The notes under the pieces were generated by a model. The model made no database searches. It was not told the DNA's origin and saw nothing but the letters and a program-made list of their open reading frames with translations. A stretch of 64,000 nucleotides of DNA. Source: Eubacteriales bacterium (GTDB taxonomy: Bacteria; Bacillota; Clostridia; Oscillospirales; CAG-272). The translations under genes were made by a program, and so were the position numbers. Below are positions 61,163 through 64,000 of the stretch, one piece after another (position 1 is the first letter of the stretch; each line of letters begins with the position of its first letter). Where the stretch lies: NCBI GenBank assembly GCA_045123975.1, contig JBGVKV010000071.1:15-64014 (forward strand), given 5' to 3'.

Positions 61163-62026
61163 ATGGGATGTACCAGGTGTCCCCGCCGCTGCGGGGCAGA
61201 CCGTGCGATGGGTGAGATCGGCTATTGCGGAGCCGGGAACGGCATCCGCGTGGCCAAGGTGATGCTTCATCCCTGGGAGGAGCCCTGCCTGATCAGCGGC
61301 CCCGGTGCCGGTGCCATCTTCTTTGGCGGATGCCCCCTCAAGTGCGTCTACTGTCAGAATAAGGCCATCTCCCACGGGGACGTGGGGGAGATCTGGGACA
61401 GAGCCCGCCTGGAAAACGAGATCCTTCACCTGCAAGAGGAAGGTGCGTCCTGCATCGATCTGGTGTCCCCCACCCAATACGCGGAGGATATACTGTGTGC
61501 CCTTGGGGCCGTAAAGGATCGCATAAAAATCCCCGTGGTGTGGAACACCGGCGGGTACGAAACCGTGGATACAGTGCGGGCGTGCCGGGGATTGGTGGAC
61601 GTGTTCCTCACGGATTTCAAGTACGGCACGGCGGAGCCGGCGGAAAAATACAGCGCCGCCCCCGATTACGTCGCGGTGGCAAAGGAAGCCCTCACCGCCA
61701 TGGTGGAGGTGGCAGGGAAGCCCACGTGGCAGGGCGATCGCCTGACAGGCGGTGTGAACCTCCGCCATGTGGTATTCCCCGGCGGCCGCCGGGACAGCGA
61801 AGCCGCCCTTACGGCGGCAGCCGAAGCGGTGGATCCCGATTCCGTGATCCTTTCCCTGATGCGGCAGTACACCCCCGATTTTGCCCCCGAGGAATTTTCC
61901 GCCCTGCGCCGCCGCGTGACCACCTTCGAGTACGAGTACGTCCGCGATGCGGCTATCCGTTTGGGCTTCAGTGGCTATTCCCAGGATGCGGAATCCGCCA
62001 CCGCCGATTATACTCCGAAGTTTTAG
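61163..62026 (+). CDS. radical SAM protein, PflX-like (pyruvate formate-lyase activase homolog)
   Basis: ATG at 61163 (GGAGG RBS), 4 nt after the preceding stop. N-terminal Cys cluster CTRCPRRCGADR...GYCG, followed by GGCPLKCVYCQN. Confidence 0.75.
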   Translation: MGCTRCPRRCGADRAMGEIGYCGAGNGIRVAKVMLHPWEEPCLISGPGAGAIFFGGCPLKCVYCQNKAISHGDVGEIWDRARLENEILHLQEEGASCIDLVSPTQYAEDILCALGAVKDRIKIPVVWNTGGYETVDTVRACRGLVDVFLTDFKYGTAEPAEKYSAAPDYVAVAKEALTAMVEVAGKPTWQGDRLTGGVNLRHVVFPGGRRDSEAALTAAAEAVDPDSVILSLMRQYTPDFAPEEFSALRRRVTTFEYEYVRDAAIRLGFSGYSQDAESATADYTPKF

Positions 62027-62061
62027 AACAAACTACATTTCCAAATAAGAGAGGTTCCGTA

Positions 62062-62595
62062 ATGAAAACATCGACAAAAATCCTGTGCGCCCTGCTGGCG
62101 ATTTTGTGCCTTGGCCTTTGCGCCTGTCAGACGACTCCCACCGAGGTGGACGTGCCTCACGGCATGATGCTGGCTTCCTCCGACATCGTGGACTATTATC
62201 TGTTCGTTCCCGAGGGATGGCGTGTGGATATGTCCGGCGGCATGGTTTCCGCCTATAAATCCGCCGAGGATCCCACCAGCGTGTCCGTGATGACCTGGGA
62301 GACTCCCTATGCGGACGATACCCCCGCCGACGTGTGGGAGATGTATAAGGGTGAATTTGGGAGCGTCTTCGCCGATTTCACCGTGGAATCCTCCACCACC
62401 ATGCTTCTGGACGGCGCCGCCGCCGAGAAGTACGTGTACACCGGCAAGCTGGCGAACAACACCTTCCGTTATACCCAGGTGATTACCGTCCGCCACAGCG
62501 CCGCCTATCTGATCACGGTTACGGAGATCACCACCTCCAATGCGGATCACACCGAGGATATCACCGCCATTCTGGACAACTTCCGCTGGAAATAA
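62062..62595 (+). CDS. hypothetical lipoprotein
   Basis: MKTSTKILCALLAILCLGLCAC lipobox; 177 aa. Confidence 0.6.
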   Translation: MKTSTKILCALLAILCLGLCACQTTPTEVDVPHGMMLASSDIVDYYLFVPEGWRVDMSGGMVSAYKSAEDPTSVSVMTWETPYADDTPADVWEMYKGEFGSVFADFTVESSTTMLLDGAAAEKYVYTGKLANNTFRYTQVITVRHSAAYLITVTEITTSNADHTEDITAILDNFRWK

Positions 62596-63770
62596 TGGAT
62601 ATGATCTATTTTGATAACAGCGCCACCACGGCGCCCTATCCTTCCGTCATTGAGGAGATGACCCGCACCCTGACGGAGGAGTGGGGAAATCCCTCTTCCG
62701 TCCACACCGTGGGCATTCACGCCCGATCTGTGCTGGACGAGAGCCGCCGCCGTGTGGCCCGTGCATTGGGCATCCGCCGGGAAGAGGAGGGCAGGGTGAT
62801 CTTCACCTCCTCAGGAACCGAGGCGGATCAGCTGGCCATTCTGGGATCGGTTTACGCCAAACGCCGTCCCGAAAGAAACGGCAGCCGGGGCAAGATCCTC
62901 ACCACGGACAGCGAGCATCCCGCCGTGGAGGAATGTATGAAACGGCTGGAGGCCGACGGCTTCACCGTTTGCCGTGTGCCCACCCGGGGCGGCATCCTTG
63001 ATATGAATTTCATCCGGGAAAACGCCGACGGCGCCATTCTCGCCAGCTTTATGCTGGTCAATAACGAAAGCGGCGCCCATTACGACGTGAAAACCGCCTT
63101 TTCCTTCGTGCGGGCGTTGTCCCCCGATTGCGTAACCCATACGGACGCCGTCCAGGGATTCGGCAAGGTCCGCTTCACCCCCGCTATGCTGGGAGCGGAT
63201 ATGGTCACCGTCAGTGCCCATAAGATCGGCGGTCCCAAAGGGATCGGCGCACTCTTTGTGGCGGCCCCCATCTTCAAAGCACGCCGCCTGATCGCCATGA
63301 CCCCCGGCGGGGGCCAGGAGGGCGGATTCCGCTGCGGCACGGAGAATATGCCCGGCATTGCGGGCTTCGGCGAGGCCTGCCGATTGCTTACGGAAAATGC
63401 CGCCGACAACGCCGAAAAGGTGAAAGCCGTGAGAGAAGCGATCCTTCAGGGCCTTGCCCCCTACGGGGACGCGGTGCGTGTCAATCAGCCTGCGCGCGGC
63501 ATCGATCATATCATCAGCCTGACCGTCCCCGGCATACGGAGCGAAACGCTCCTCAATTTCTTCTCCGAGCGCGGCATCTGCATCTCCGCCGGATCGGCCT
63601 GCTCCGCACGGTCGCGGAACATCAGCCGTGCCATGACGGCTTTCGGACTTACCGATAAGGAAGCGGACGCCACCGTCCGCGTCAGCCTGTCCCCGCGGAA
63701 TACCGTGGAGGAAGCGAAAATCTTCACCGATGCCATGGCCGACGCATTGCAATTACAGCATTTTTCGTGA
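62595..63770 (+). CDS. nifS: cysteine desulfurase (NifS/IscS class V aminotransferase)
   Basis: IYFDNSATT, PLP-Lys SAHKIGGPKG and the active-site loop SAGSACS; 391 aa. Confidence 0.85.
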   Translation: MDMIYFDNSATTAPYPSVIEEMTRTLTEEWGNPSSVHTVGIHARSVLDESRRRVARALGIRREEEGRVIFTSSGTEADQLAILGSVYAKRRPERNGSRGKILTTDSEHPAVEECMKRLEADGFTVCRVPTRGGILDMNFIRENADGAILASFMLVNNESGAHYDVKTAFSFVRALSPDCVTHTDAVQGFGKVRFTPAMLGADMVTVSAHKIGGPKGIGALFVAAPIFKARRLIAMTPGGGQEGGFRCGTENMPGIAGFGEACRLLTENAADNAEKVKAVREAILQGLAPYGDAVRVNQPARGIDHIISLTVPGIRSETLLNFFSERGICISAGSACSARSRNISRAMTAFGLTDKEADATVRVSLSPRNTVEEAKIFTDAMADALQLQHFS

Positions 63771-63776
63771 AAAACA

Positions 63777-63805
63777 CCCCGACAGATTTTTTAAGTCTGT
63801 CGGGG
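63777..63805 (-). terminator. cassette terminator hairpin, CCCCGACAGA family
   Basis: CCCCGACAGA-TTTTTTAAG-TCTGTCGGGG, with TGTTTTT downstream on the minus strand. Confidence 0.65.
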
Positions 63806-63815
63806 CAATTTTGTA

Positions 63816-64000
63816 CTACTCATATATTTTTCCCATATATAGGATTCTCGCTATTACGGAGTAATCGATTTTATTCCAATCAATATCGTTATATTGGCAT
63901 TTCGAGAAATCATTAACCCATGCTATCATCGCGTCTAAATATTCATCAATAGAATCACGTTCCCATTCCTGCGAATTTTCCCGATAATCATTAATAAGCA
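63816..64000 (-). CDS. hypothetical protein, C-terminal 60 aa (5' end beyond the window)
   Basis: The minus frame is open to the window edge: ...DYRENSQEWERDSIDEYLDAMIAWVNDFSKCQYNDIDWNKIDYSVIARILYMGKIYE*. AT-rich, and resembles small immunity-like orphan proteins (memory only). Confidence 0.5.
   Translation of the reverse strand, partial: LINDYRENSQEWERDSIDEYLDAMIAWVNDFSKCQYNDIDWNKIDYSVIARILYMGKIYE

Overview
This window is the replication-origin region of a high-GC (about 58-60% by eye), spore-forming Firmicute. Gene content looks like Clostridia, Oscillospiraceae/Ruminococcaceae-like; that taxonomic call is inference only, since no search was possible. The core backbone, left to right: rimP-nusA-ylxR-ylxQ-infB (minus strand), NUDIX hydrolase, TIM-barrel isomerase, dxs, HAD hydrolase, an orphan ABC solute-binding lipoprotein, lepA-hemW, a SleB-like hydrolase, asnS, holA-toprim-gtrA, and mnmG-rsmG-parB-like-parA-parB with two perfect parS sites. 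Then come a MORN protein, thrS with a T-box leader, spoIIE, cinA/pncC, traX, pduL, and gyrA / PfkB kinase / gyrB / DUF370 / dnaN / oriC / dnaA. The right end holds a DUF975 gene, rpmH-rnpA-yidD-yidC-jag, GH36 and GH4 alpha-galactosidases, two tandem S8 subtilases (the second lacks the catalytic Ser), a PflX-type radical SAM gene, a lipoprotein and nifS. No rRNA, tRNA, CRISPR array, prophage or recognisable defence system was seen. The unusual content is almost all non-coding or mobile. (1) An AT-rich single-gene cassette is bracketed by inverted arms that contain GTAG-type REP doublets. It sits next to a REP-associated Y1 transposase (RAYT) whose own ORF carries, in frame, exact copies of the same two REPs. 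(2) Three AT-rich minus-strand orphan genes share near-identical terminator hairpins, and the two complete ones also share a promoter/leader block and an 11-mer boundary motif. (3) At least four other dispersed palindromic repeat families are present, one of them inside oriC. (4) Two diverged ~155-nt structured units lie in inverted orientation in a 0.9-kb gene-free gap next to a terminator-bounded candidate sRNA. (5) A 15-bp-stem hairpin with a conserved 19-nt loop lies at the same distance upstream of gyrB and of a lipoprotein gene. (6) oriC has a TTTTCCACA-type DnaA-box array, an AT-rich DUE, a trio-like tract and two TGTCGAA (Spo0A-type) boxes. All coordinates and motifs were read by eye. 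Homology calls rest on remembered family signatures, not on searches.
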